Shown here: positions 24,904-37,064 of the stretch, one piece after another | Layout: the number at the start of each line of letters is the position of its first letter | How positions within the stretch are numbered: the stretch's first letter is position 1 | NCBI GenBank assembly: GCA_964234715.1 | Contig: OZ174275.1 | Origin: Podarcis melisellensis | Lineage: Eukaryota | DNA: 64,000 bases | Strand: one strand, 5' to 3' | The notes under the pieces: generated by a model | The model's input: the letters and a program-made list of their open reading frames with translations, nothing else | What the model was told of the DNA's origin: nothing | The model's database searches: none | Program-made: the position numbers and the translations under genes

Positions 24904-25118
24904 CAGTGGTACCTCAGGTTACATACGCTTCAGGTTACAGACTCTGCTAACCCAGAAATAGTACCTTGGGTTAAGAACTTTGCTTCAGGATGAGAACAGA
25001 AATCACGTGGCAGTGGCGGGAGGCCCGATTAGCTAAAGTGGTGCTTCAGGTTAAGAACAGTTTCAGGTTAAGAACGGACCTCCGGAACGAATTAAGTTCT
25101 TAACTCGAGGTACCACTG
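24904..25118. mobile_element. Tc1/mariner (Tigger-like) MITE in intron 1
   Basis: Perfect TIRs CAGTGGTACCTC / GAGGTACCACTG, TA TSD, internal CAGGTTAAGAAC repeats. Confidence 0.92.
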
Positions 25119-25858
25119 TATCCACGCTGTTTAGGTGATAGGCCTAAATATCTGTAATATCTGGCTTGCTGTTAGAATGCTTCCCTCAGAAATCAAATAA
25201 TTGTTCCTTATGGATTTTCTTCTTCTGCTGCTTAGAAAAGCAGCCTTTAATGCAGCGAGTTTGTTAGAATGCCACAAATTATGTTTTACAAGTTAAATGC
25301 AGGATGTAACATTTGTTTTTCATTTTAATAAAAGTTATTTGAAAAAAAGTGTCACTCTACCCTGGGAAGTGTCAGTGCTTTTAATGTAAAACTAAAAGTG
25401 AGGAAAATGCTTGGAACTGGAGGACTGTGCTGTGTCTTGGCAAAGACACGCCTGCCTAGGAGAGAGAGAGTTTTGTCCAAATGCACTGGGGTCTTTCCAT
25501 TGTCTTGCATGAAAATTTGGATCAGGCCTCCTAGCTGAGCAATCTTTTCCATCTGTTAATGCATTGCTTCAGAATTTGAAACCTCCCGTGGTTCAATTTG
25601 AAACATGGTGGAAAAGAGACAGACAAAATCGTTTTGAATTCAAGCCGAGCGCTGATTATCATGCACCTAAAAACCTTCGTCCTCTTACTGAGGTTTCAGG
25701 ATGCAAAAGGAATGCAGCCTCTGGAGCTAATGTATATTCCATGCATGCCAAAGCTCAGATCCACCCCACCCCCTTGCACATACATCTCCCCCTTGCTTGG
25801 AGAACCATTTGTGGTCCAGACAAATGAATGTAATTGAAGACTCCTCTTTCTTTTTCAG

Positions 25859-25987
25859 CTGGCTGCTATGATAATGGGCAGCACTATCAGATAAACCAGC
25901 AATGGGAGCGCATTTACCTGGGGAAAATTCTGGTCTGTACCTGTTATGGAGGGAGCAGAGGGTTCAACTGCGAAAGCAAGCCTGAGG
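25859..25987 (+). CDS. FN1: FN1 exon 2 (FnI-1)
   Basis: tttttcag|..[42 protein letters not shown]..|gtaagc; 129 nt. Confidence 0.98.
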
Positions 25988-26195
25988 GTAAGCAGAAGAT
26001 TGCTATTACTACCACCACCACCACTCCTACAAAAACAATATTCTGGGGAAACTAGACATTTTTTCAAAACAAAAGGTGTTGAGATAAACAGAGCTACTTT
26101 GTCTGAGAGTATCTTTAAAGGTAGCCTGTTCTTAACTCATTTTACTTCTTGACTATCCTCCCTACAACCTTGTTTGGCTTTGATACCTCTGAGTG

Positions 26196-26399
26196 TAGGA
26201 CTGCCATACATCCGGATTTTCCCAGACATTACTGGGATTGATGTCCGGGTGAAATTGATGTCCAGGTGAAATTCTAAAAGGCAAGGTGGCACTTAGGCAA
26301 GTCAGTTGGAAAATCGTGTGTTTTTTGCATTTTCATAAAAGAAAGCTCAACAATTTTGGGGGTGTCTTGGTTTTTACTTTTTGAAATATGGCAACCCTA
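26196..26399. mobile_element. MITE (TAGGGTTGCC-type TIR) in intron 2
   Basis: TAGGACTGCCATA / TATGGCAACCCTA; flanks TCTGAGTG / TGTGAGGG. Confidence 0.7.
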
Positions 26400-27760
26400 T
26401 GTGAGGGTATCTTTGCTTCTCCTGTCTATTGTCATGTGGAAGTCTTCCGGCCAACCACTGTACTATTTTGTGCTCTGCACTGCTGCTAGTGAAGCAATTT
26501 TCAAACAAACTACAGGCAGCAAACCCTCTCTTACAATGATGTGTCTGCCAGGGAATCTCTACGTGGTCAATAGAGAATGTTCCTTTCCCTGCTGCTCTCA
26601 GCAAGGGCTGTAGAAGATGTTCTAGGGCGCACAGAACATTTTGGGCCTCGTTGTCTGAGGAGTCTCCAGAAGAGCAGCCTGGAAATGCTTAGCGCTCAGT
26701 TGCAGAGAAAGCTTTGTGGGGATGGGCAGGCTTTAAAGGATTAGCTTACTTGGCTTTAAAGGGGAAGGGAAGACAAGTCTACCAGTGGCTAATATCTGCG
26801 ATCACTAAATTGAGCCTCCAGATTCAGAAGCAGTCTACTTTTGCACTAGAGACAGGCAATGGGAGAGGGCTTGTTGGGCCTTTGTGCCCTTTTGGACAGC
26901 TTCTTGGAAGCTTCTGACTGGACATGGTGAGAAACGGGGTTCTGGAGCAGCAAACTCTTGGTCTGATCCAGCTGGGTTCCTTTTAGGAATGCAGGTGCCA
27001 GGTGCTTTGGTTGCACTGTGTGCAAAAGGGCACTTGAAATGATAGTATTAAACTAGAAGGAACACAGTGTGGAATAGATGGCAAAGTGTTAAAGCTAACT
27101 GAGTCAGGCTTTTTTATTTTGGGGATAAGTTTGGCAGGAGGGGTATAAAGCAGTCAAGAAGGGGAAGTTGAGGAGCAGCATGCATATTAGCTACAGCCAG
27201 AAAGCAGATTAGCTGGAGATCAAGACGCTCTCCCTAATGGAGTGATGGCTATGCACTTTTTTAAGAGCAACCAGGACAGTACAAACCATGGCAATGAGGA
27301 ATGCATGGCCTCTCTTGCAAGAAAACCTAGGGAATATTACTAGTAAAGAAGGACTCCTAGTTCATGGGATCACATCTTATGCCACAAGGGACCTGAGGTG
27401 GGACTATTGGGCTGAGTCATTCAAATCAAGATGTGAACTTCACTTCTGGGTGGGCCCTGCTTTGATCTCTGCCCATTCCCTCCCTGTTTTTCTTCCCTTT
27501 CACTCCACCATACAGGTTTCCTTCTCTGACCCAACTTGTGTGTTTCTAGGGCTCCCTTCTTTTGCTCTTTCTGCCCTCTAGGATCTAAGAAGCTGAGCCA
27601 AGTGCAGCCAGAGACTTTTCTGCCTTCCTCACCTCCTAGGTGACCCAGTCACCACCTCCTGATCCCTTTATGCATGACAATTTGAATGGCTGGGGAGGGG
27701 GATTAGAACCTGTGTGCTACATATTCTGCTATGGTGATCTGCTCTTTCCTTCCCACTCAG

Positions 27761-27898
27761 CGGAAGAAACCTGCTTTGACAAATACACTGGAGCTACATA
27801 TCGAGTCGGGGAGACTTACGAACGACCGAAGGACTCCATGATCTGGGACTGTACCTGCATTGGGGCTGGCCGTGGTAGAATCAGCTGCACTATTGCAA
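27761..27898 (+). CDS. FN1: FN1 exon 3 (FnI-2)
   Basis: [45 protein letters not shown]; 138 nt; AG/GT. Confidence 0.98.
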
Positions 27899-29504
27899 GT
27901 ACGTATTGGAGGTGGAGAGGTGCCTAGGTGCTCAAAGGCAAATGTCCTATGTGCTCAAGACATTTACTGACACTGTTGGGGCATTACAGAAGTCCACCAT
28001 TGCCCACCACCAAATTGCAGGAATAGCAAACAATGTCACAAGTCTGTAAGGAATTTTCTCAGTCGAAAAATTCACAGTTCAGTCAGAAACTTAGCATGTG
28101 AATGCTATAGAGAAGCCACAAGGTTTCCATTGTCTACCCCAATATCAGAATAAGGACTGTTATTCATGATTATAACTACTATGTAAAGAGAAGCAACTTG
28201 CCTTTATAACATGCAAACTTTATGAATAAGTGTTTTTATTTGTTGATATGCATAAAAGAAAAGATTTCTTGAGTCAATCACTTCTTTTTAGTGGACAATT
28301 ATAGGTATTCTTTCTATCAAATGATTAGCTTTCATTTCCATTTGGTGCAAAGAATTTGAACCATAAATTTCACTGTAAAGTAACATGCATAAAAAAACCA
28401 AGAGCAGAGAGATTATTTGTAGTTGAAAATGTGCAAGAAGATCGAGGAGTTGTAGGTTTGGCCTTGTGCAGCCAACCCTTCCTGTGAGTCCACGCAGGAG
28501 CACTCCTGCTGGGGCTGGAGTGCCCAGAAAGGGAGCCCTATTCGGCCTGGTTTGGGCAGGGCAACATGATCTGAGAGGATGACGAAACAAACACTCCATG
28601 CAATTGAATTTGGTGGTGTATGTGGGTGGAGACCTGTGGGGGAGTAGTTTCTTTGGGGCTATTTCTCAATGTAAGAGGGTTTTTATTGCTGTTTAAGAAG
28701 GTTTACTGTTTGAGAGTTTTTTGTTGTTGCTGTTTGAGGAGGTTTTCATATTCTGTTCAAATAGACCCCCCCTTTACATATTGTCTACCAAAGATCCTTT
28801 AAACGAACCTGCAGTGTTAATTGGCAACACAGCAATCTCTGCTACAAATGTAAGGTTTTCCAGATTGAAACATAAGACATTTCTGATATTACAGGAATTT
28901 GCCAAGTTGTGGTCATTAGACATTTCTTCAACTTAAGTGATGCTTATTTCTGTTGCCCATTTTGGAAAAGAGCTCAGACTGTTCCTCTAAGAAGGACTGC
29001 CTGGTAGGACTGTTGAGGAAAATGGCTGCTTTATATAACACCTCACACTGGTCTGCAGGGCAACTAAATTGGATACAGGATTCTAGGGAGTCACTGATGC
29101 TTCTGCTCATCTATGGGGAGGAGCCATCTTTCAATGGTAGGGCATGTGCTCAGCAGTGGAGCATATGCCCACACTGCCTAGGGTGGGTGTGGTGTGGAGG
29201 GTGCCCTCCCAGGCATGGGATAGCCACTCAGGTGCACGGAGCACTGTGTGCGCTCTGCAGCCAGGGGTGGACATTCATCCCGCCGCCTGCCCATGACTCC
29301 CAAGCCTCCCCCAGCTGTCAAAATGAAGGGGGAAGGGGGGAATGCCACCCGCAAAGCGGCGCAGCTCCCCCCTTCCCTTGATGGCTTGGGGTAGGCTTGG
29401 GAGTTGTGGGTGTGCTCAATGTCACCCCCCTCAGCAAAGACACCTGGAAGGGTCCGCCCCCACTGCACCCCCTTCCTCTGCCCCTGCATGTCCTTTGTGT
29501 GCAG

Positions 29505-29645
29505 AACTAGTTAGAAAGGTCTTGGGTAGCAAGGTTGGAAAACATAATTGCCTAGAAACCTGGAGAGTTGCCACTAGGCAGAGTAGACAATGCTGGACTG
29601 GATGGACCAGTGCAGTGTCTTGGTATAAAGGAGTTCTGTCTGATT
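29505..29645 (+). mobile_element. Squam3-like SINE 3' remnant abutting the exon 4 acceptor
   Basis: GAAACCTGGAGAG..GTAGACAATGCTGGACTGGATGGACCA..GGTATAAAG; recalled consensus. Confidence 0.62.
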
Positions 29646-29664
29646 CTATGTGCAATCTTTACAG

Positions 29665-29796
29665 ATCGCTGTCATGAAGGAGGTCAGTCTTACAAGATTG
29701 GGGATACCTGGAGAAGGCCTCATGAGACAGGGGGCTACATGCTGGAATGCGTGTGTCTTGGCAACGGGAAGGGCGAATGGACTTGCAAACCAGTTG
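29665..29796 (+). CDS. FN1: FN1 exon 4 (FnI-3)
   Basis: [43 protein letters not shown]; 132 nt. Confidence 0.98.
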
Positions 29797-30452
29797 GTAT
29801 GTATTGGTTTATGTTTGTTCCTGAGATATCAAATATGGATCTGCAGGTGCTTCAGATTCAGTAAACAAAGCTCTTTATGGCAATGGTTTGAGGTAGATGT
29901 TGGCCTCTTGATTCTTTGACAGGATACTTTCTTTCAAGGATAAATGTGTGTGTATGTGTCTACACACACATATCTATTTCTCCTCCCTATTTTATTGCTT
30001 TGAGTATGTTCTAACATCCTTAGGCTGTTATATATGGAAATCACGTAATGTAGCTGGTATGGCGATTGGGCCTATTTCTCATCTTGAATCTGGGGAGAGT
30101 CATGATTGAATGCTCTCGAATACAAAACAATTCCTGCCACATAGAAAATAAATATAGCATTCAAACTACTTCAGAGCATTACTTTTTCTTTGTATGGAAA
30201 AGGATTCATTCATGTGTTTCCTGCCCATGAAGTCTGAAGTGAAAGGTGAACACCGTGGTGAGAACTGGGCCTCATGTTTGACATATTTTCTAGATATCCA
30301 CATGCTGTTTTTTCACTTCACCTATTAGTGCAGTTTGGAAGGAGATAATGGAAGCAATTTCTCCTTCCCCTCCTCAATTAAGAAATCTTGTTTCTTCTTT
30401 TGACTGAAGAACTTTAATAACCAAAGTATCTTTCACAAATATTTTTTTGTAG

Positions 30453-30590
30453 CTGAGCGGTGCTACGATAATGCTGCTGGGACTTCCTATGTTGTTGGAG
30501 AGATCTGGGAGAAGCCCTATCAGGGATGGATGATGGTGGATTGTACTTGCTTAGGAGAAGGCAGTGGACGCATTACCTGCACGTCCAGAA
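30453..30590 (+). CDS. FN1: FN1 exon 5 (FnI-4)
   Basis: [45 protein letters not shown]; 138 nt; donor GTAAGT. Confidence 0.98.
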
Positions 30591-31959
30591 GTAAGTATCA
30601 CCTTAAGGCAGAACGATGGCCATGCACCAATATGATTTTTGTGATAGTCCAGCTCCCATTAGCTCTGAACAGCATGGCCAGTAGGGAAGATGGGAGTTGT
30701 AGTCCAGCAGTATTTGGGGGGCAGGGGGCAAAGGTGTGGAGCTCCTCCACACCTGCTGTAAAGTATTAAGTGGAATGCACAGGCTGCAAGACTAAGCACA
30801 CACTTACTTGGGAGTAAGCCATATTGAACATACTGGGGCTTGCTTCTAAGTAAACATGAGTAGGATTGTGCTACACCAGTGCAATCCTGTGCATGTTTAC
30901 CATGTGTCCTGCTGTGTCCTGTGGCTCTTAAGTGTACATCAGACTGTGGATGCTTTATCTTTTGATGTAACACCTTTCATTCACGCTGTAATTGTCCTCA
31001 GGGTAATTTTCCTGCTCGCACTTTGGTCTCGCACTTCATGCTGGGAAAAGTTTTCCCATTCTAGGAATATTGCAAAATTTGATCAGGAAAGCTGTAACCA
31101 GTCCATTCTCTTTTAGAGGAACTGGAGATAGACTTGTGAACTTCAGAAGCAGCTAGAGTGTTGTTTCCCAGATACACTCAGAATTACCGACAGATAATTT
31201 AGTGCTGCATCAATGATTTTTGCCACAAACTTAAAAGTATCTACAGGAAAGCATTGGTTGGAGATGGTGGTTTTGTCTTCATTGGAATTTACTAGGAAGG
31301 CACTGCCTTGGAGCCTAGAATAATTTAGAGTGAAGAGTTTCATTGAAGGAAAGTTCACTGGCTCTTTCTCTGCACCAGCCACCTGTGTCTCTCTTCCCCA
31401 GTACCTGTTCCATGTGGTGGTGGTGGTGGTGGTGAGGTGGCCTCGTGAAAAGTGTGGGATTAGGTTGAGGACTGAGGGAATGGGTACATTTCCCTCCATG
31501 CAGTTACTTAAGTTAACTTATCTGAGGACACATTGTGATTAGGACTGGAGTTTGAAAGATAACCAAAGCAGTGAACTGCTTGCTACTCAAGCATTGAAGA
31601 TATGCAGGCCTCTGTATTAACAGCTCTGAAATGGAGCAGTTACCGTGAGGTGTGTGTGTGTGGGGGGATCCCATGTATAGGTGATGGAGCCTTTGGCATA
31701 CATAGGAAGCATTTTTATTCTGGAGTTTGAACCAGTGAAATGTTTACAAGAAAAGCTTCCAGGTTTTTCTTTTTTTTCTTTTTTAAAAAAGCCACTTAAA
31801 AGTGAGATCACTGACTGAATGTAAAACCCATATAATCTGACTTTGGAAACATCTGGTCTCCTAAACCTTGTGTCTGGTAGGTTTTGAGATATCTTCTTTT
31901 AGTTTTTAATTGGTGAGGCAAAGTCATGGCTTTTTGCTAACATAAACAATAGTTAATAA

Positions 31960-32170
31960 TGGCCAAACCCTCAAAGTAGGTTTGCTCTGCCTCCATGGCA
32001 ATAATACTTCTGAATACCAGTTGACGGAAGCCACAGGTGGGAAGAGTGCTCTTCTCCTCAGGTCCTGCTTGTAGGTTCCTCTCAGGCATCTGGTTGGCCA
32101 CGGTGAGACCAGGATGCTGGACTAGATGGGCCATTGACCTGGTCCTTCAGGAGTTGTCTTATGTTTTTAC
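31960..32170 (+). mobile_element. CR1 3' UTR remnant
   Basis: CTGAATACCAGTTG..GGCATCTGGTTGGCCAC..GGATGCTGGACTAGATGGGCC..TCTTATG; an inverted relative lies at 57181-57450. Confidence 0.7.
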
Positions 32171-34413
32171 GTTCATACGTGATTAAACTTTAAAGCCCTG
32201 GAAGACAACCTTTCATTTGTAATTACAGTCTTACTTGTGGTGACAATACATATGCATTACCAAATGGGGAAGACCAGGAGGTATAATGTTTGCAAGTACC
32301 AGTAAAAAGACATGATCCAATTATTTGACATTGATATAATTTGTTTCATGACATGATTTGTCTATCATGATTTCTCTCCTACAGTTTACTGTAAGAGAGA
32401 ACAGAAAGTTTCATTATCTTTTGGAAAGTTAATGAAGCATCTTCTACAAATCTAAAATGGAAGCAATGGATTCAGTACAAATGGTAGATACATCTTTGCT
32501 AATAATCACAGGTTTTACAGTGTTGCCCCATAGATCATCTCAATAGCCCTATGGAGTAGGCAGTGACTGTTCCTTGTAGGCAGGCAAATTCTTGGGCTTA
32601 TATAGCAGGGATGAGGAACCTCTGGCTCAGAGGCCCAGTGTGGCTCTTGGGACCTCTGTATGTGGCTTTGGGGACTTCCCCAAACCACATACCTCACCGG
32701 CCCAGCTCCATGCTCCCTTTGACTACTTTTTTGCCTGGCTTTAACTGTGATAATGGCTCTTGATTTCTTGGATGGAGGTTGAGAAGCTGAGCGATTGTAG
32801 AGGAGTTGTAGAAATGCCTGACTTTGTGTGGTTGGCATGTAGCTTGTTGTACAAAACTAAGGGTTACATCCATTGCACTGTCCATTTTTGCCTCTGGCCA
32901 GCCCACTGCTGCCGTGTAGTCACCAGAAAGTCTGCTGATGAGGGAATGTCTCCCGCAGGCTGGAAAATGGACCCAGTCCTTATATGGCATGTGAAAGAGC
33001 TGCTTGCAGATGACATTGGGTTTGTTTATACGGATGGATTGGCATTTTGATTCCTGGTCTCTGTTGATAACCATATCTGTGGACTTAAGCCCTCTCTGTA
33101 TGTTGTTATGGAGTTGCTCCACCACCCACAATAACACAGCCTCTGTTCTCATTTTGCCACACTGTTGTAGTCATTTTGGGGGATCCCCCAAATTCAGGCA
33201 CCAGTTCTGGGGAGTGAGCCCCACTGAGCTCATTATAACATACTTCCGATGGAATGTACTGTTAGAAAGCTTAGTTTTATTGAAGCTTTTCTGGCCTTTT
33301 TATGAAGCATGCAGCTGCTGGCCACCCAAGGATGGAGATCTCCTTGTAAATGAGCAGGCCTCTTAGAACAAACCACCATGTTTTATTCCCACAGACGTTT
33401 CCTTGTTTCCCAGCTCTGAATGTTTTGAAAAGTGCTTTCCCAGGATTCCATTCACACACATGAACTTGGTGTATAAAACCACAGACCAGTTTCCTTGCCA
33501 GGCCATGGTATTCTGTCAATCTGATCTCATGGTTTTCTCAAGTATTTCCCACATGTTGGTTTTTGTGGCCAAAGTGCAACAGCTGAGAAACCATTTGGAG
33601 TGATTCAGAGGTTTTCTTCTACCCAGCTCCAGTATCTCCAGAGGGTGCCCACCCCATGACCCTGTATTTCTCAAGGGTGGGTTTCAGCTGTCAGGCACAG
33701 TGGGCAGGAACTTCCTGGTGCCACTTTGTTTCAGGGAGAGCAGCTGCATAAATGGTGATGTCTGCTTGCACAGAGAGTGCGGTGAGTGTGGTAATGTGTG
33801 CAGGAGAAAGACTTGAAGCTATCAGCATGTGGCGGGAGAAGAGTGGAGGAAGGCAAGCATTGGAACAGAATATTTATTCACTGACCAATGGATGGGCCAG
33901 TTTGTATCTTCCTTGGGCACTTGCTTCCTAGGGCACAGGAGGTATGATTTCCAGTGTACATGACCAGTGGCAGAGTATGCCCCTCTTTGGCTCTAAGGTA
34001 TATTTTCAATAGTCTCATACATATGTTTGCCGTTACTGGGAGTGTTGCCTGTGTATTTGGATGGCAGGATTTATCCTCTCATAATTGTCCAAACTGCAGC
34101 AGGCTGTTGAATTTGCTCATATGGGCTTTGATATAAAATCCACAACTGTCCCTGGGCAACTGACTCATCTCTCTGTTTTAATCCTATAATTGCAAAATCA
34201 AAATAGTGATTTATCTCAATCCGTTGTTAACTAGCATGTAAAGTTTTCAAAGTAGTAGAAAAATAAATTCCTCTTGATTCTTGGTAACTAAAATAGACTG
34301 TTGGTGTTTAATTAGATCGGTCTGTATGACAGATCAATGACTGTGTGAAAAAAAAATCAAATGTTTTTACCAGTCCAAGTGGATCAAGGTATCTGTAGCA
34401 AACGGGCTGCTGA

Positions 34414-34626
<213 letters not shown>

Positions 34627-34754
34627 TGATCAACCTGGATATGATCATGAAATCTAAATGCATCACATTGGTGCTGTAACTGATTTGCTTGTTTTTCCTG
34701 CCGCCTTCCTACGCCTCTCACAAAAGAGTCCTTGTTCTATTTGTGGGACTTAGA

Positions 34755-35114
34755 GGGACGCGGGTGGTCTAAACCACTGAGCCTCTTGGGCTTGCCGATC
34801 GGAAGGTCGGCAGTTCAAATCTCCATGACGGAATGAGTTTCCATTGTTCTCTCCCAGCTTCTGCCAACCTAGCAGTTCAAAAGCACACCAGTGCAAGTAG
34901 ATAAATAGGTACCGCTGTGAAGGGAAGGTAAATGGAGTTTCATCGTGGTGTTCCAGTGCACCAGAGGCGGTTTAGTCCTGTTGGCCACATGACCTGGAAA
35001 GCCGTCTGTGGACAAACGCCGGCTCCCTCAGCCTGAAAGCGAGATGAGTGCTGCAACCCCATAGTCGCCTTTGACTGGACTTGACTGTCCAGGGTCCTTT
35101 ACCTTTTACCTTTA
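34755..35114 (+). mobile_element. Sauria SINE (near full length)
   Basis: GGGACGCGGGTGG head, B-box-like GTTCAAATC, core GCCAACCTAGCAGTTC..GTAGATAAATAGGTACC, (ACCTTT)n tail. Confidence 0.92.
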
Positions 35115-36213
35115 CTTGTGGGAAGAAGTTGGTTAAGCTGGGATTGTGTATAGAAGGGAGGAGCAGTAGGAGGCAGTGGCCCTTGTGCTCTTAATAATTG
35201 CAGGCTGTGTGTAGCAGGAGTGGGGCTGGGGGCTGGAAGATTACAAAGCCTATGGGCTTTTCAGGTGCCATGGCTGTCCTCTGTTACGCTATATATAAAC
35301 TACTAGCAGGGAGTTCCTGGAGCGGCCCAGGTATTCAAAGAAACCCAAACATATGATGACTTTTAAATTGATAGTATAATTTGTGAGAGTTTGGGCTGTG
35401 TGCACACACATACACCCACACACCAACCCAGGACTCTAACCACGTGACCTTGCCCTGAATAATTTTTTAGGGGTGAAAAATTATGATTTTGAAAATTATA
35501 TGAAAATTATGATTAATTATGAAATAATGATTAATTTGGGTTCATTTGGTCCACCAGCTTGATTAAAAAATGACTCCTGGCCTGCAAACATAGATGAAGA
35601 CCACCTCCTTCTCCTTGGAAACCCTTGTGCCAAGTTTGGCAATGATGTCTCAAGAGGCATCCGGACTTGCACAGGTTGGAATTGTACCACCAAACTGGGC
35701 AACAATATTTTCAGTGGCCTCCAAATTGGCATATTTTGAACTCATTGTGCCAAAGTCACATTTTGGACCGCCATATTGAGTCAGAACAACAACCGGGGTC
35801 CCAACATTGATGAAAAGTGAGAACTCTCATGGCAATACAACTGGAGAGGCATTTGAACACACAGAACAAATGAGCAAACCGTTTCCCAAAATACATCGAA
35901 GATAAGAACCCTTGGTCTGTTCCAGCAAGGAAGTTGGACACAGGAATAGAAGCAAAGGTGCCTCTCTGAATACCACATGCTGGGGAGAAGCCTTTACTTT
36001 TTCTTTAACGTGTTCTAAAAACAAAATAGGCTGAACAGTTAATGACTTTTATTTCCCCATTTCAAATCTTGCAGATTTAATGAAACTTTAACTGGTTGAT
36101 TAAGTGACTCAAAGGAGATAATTAACTGGCAAAGATGATTTAATCAAGTGACAGCCCTGGCTTTATGCAATGTGAACTGCAGGGTTTAATTGCTATCACA
36201 CTTTCCTCTGAAG

Positions 36214-36405
36214 GAACTGCATCTGCTACCATCACAGATGTGCGAACGGCGCTCTACCAACCTCAGTCCCAGCCTACGCCATATGGGCACTGCATGACTG
36301 ACAATGGCATGGTCTACTCTTGGGGAATGCAATGGCTGAAGACACAGGGGAGCCAGCATATGCTGTGTACTTGTCTGGGCAATGGAGTCAGCTGCCAGGA
36401 AACAG
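36214..36405 (+). CDS. FN1: FN1 exon 7 (linker + FnI-6)
   Basis: [63 protein letters not shown]; 192 nt; AAG acceptor. Confidence 0.96.
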
Positions 36406-36884
36406 GTACGGGGCATTTCAAATTCATAAAAGATTATCACTTTGGGATACTTGAGACTAATTGTAGGGGCTAGGTTTGATTGAGGTAGGTCTTTTCAAGA
36501 TTGGCGCACCTTAGGAGAATGGATCACACCGTAGCTGACTCAACTGGATCACGTAAAGGTACTGAGGTGCCCTGCCTATTTCTTTGATCTCCTTTGACTA
36601 CTATGCCTGAGTCACCATGTATGTCACCATGTAGCACTTATTGCTACGATGTGATCATAGTTTAGAGAAGCAAGTCTCCCCATTCAACATCTCTGCTCAG
36701 AGAAAGAGGAGATACAAGAGCATTGAATACAACAGTTGGGTGGTTCTGTAAAGTAAGTTATGATAGCTTCAAGCTGTAGGAAAAAGGGAAAAGGAGAAAA
36801 AAGCTCACTGTTAAGGAAGACATTGCATTGCATTGTATTTGTGGTTAGATGATAGGATAATGATGCAAAGTTTTGTTTCTAAAG

Positions 36885-37064
36885 CTGTGACCCAAACCTA
36901 CGGTGGCAACGCCAATGGGGAGCCTTGTGTCTTGCCATTCACCTATAATGGGAGGACTTTCTACTCCTGCACTTCTGAAGGCCGAACTGATGGGACTCTC
37001 TGGTGCAGCACAACCTCAGACTTCGATCAGGACAAGAAATACTCTTTCTGCACAGAACAAAATG
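36885..37064 (+). CDS. FN1: FN1 exon 8 (FnII-1)
   Basis: [59 protein letters not shown]; 180 nt. Confidence 0.98.

Noticed and set aside
27100-27419. Two AP-1 sites (TGAGTCA) in intron 2
   Set aside because: The number of such 7-mers across the window is about what chance predicts; no independent support.
32694-33600. Cluster of 100-150-aa ORFs in intron 5 (possible nested gene or pseudogene)
   Set aside because: No identifiable homology; possibly an old antisense LINE remnant, left unassigned.
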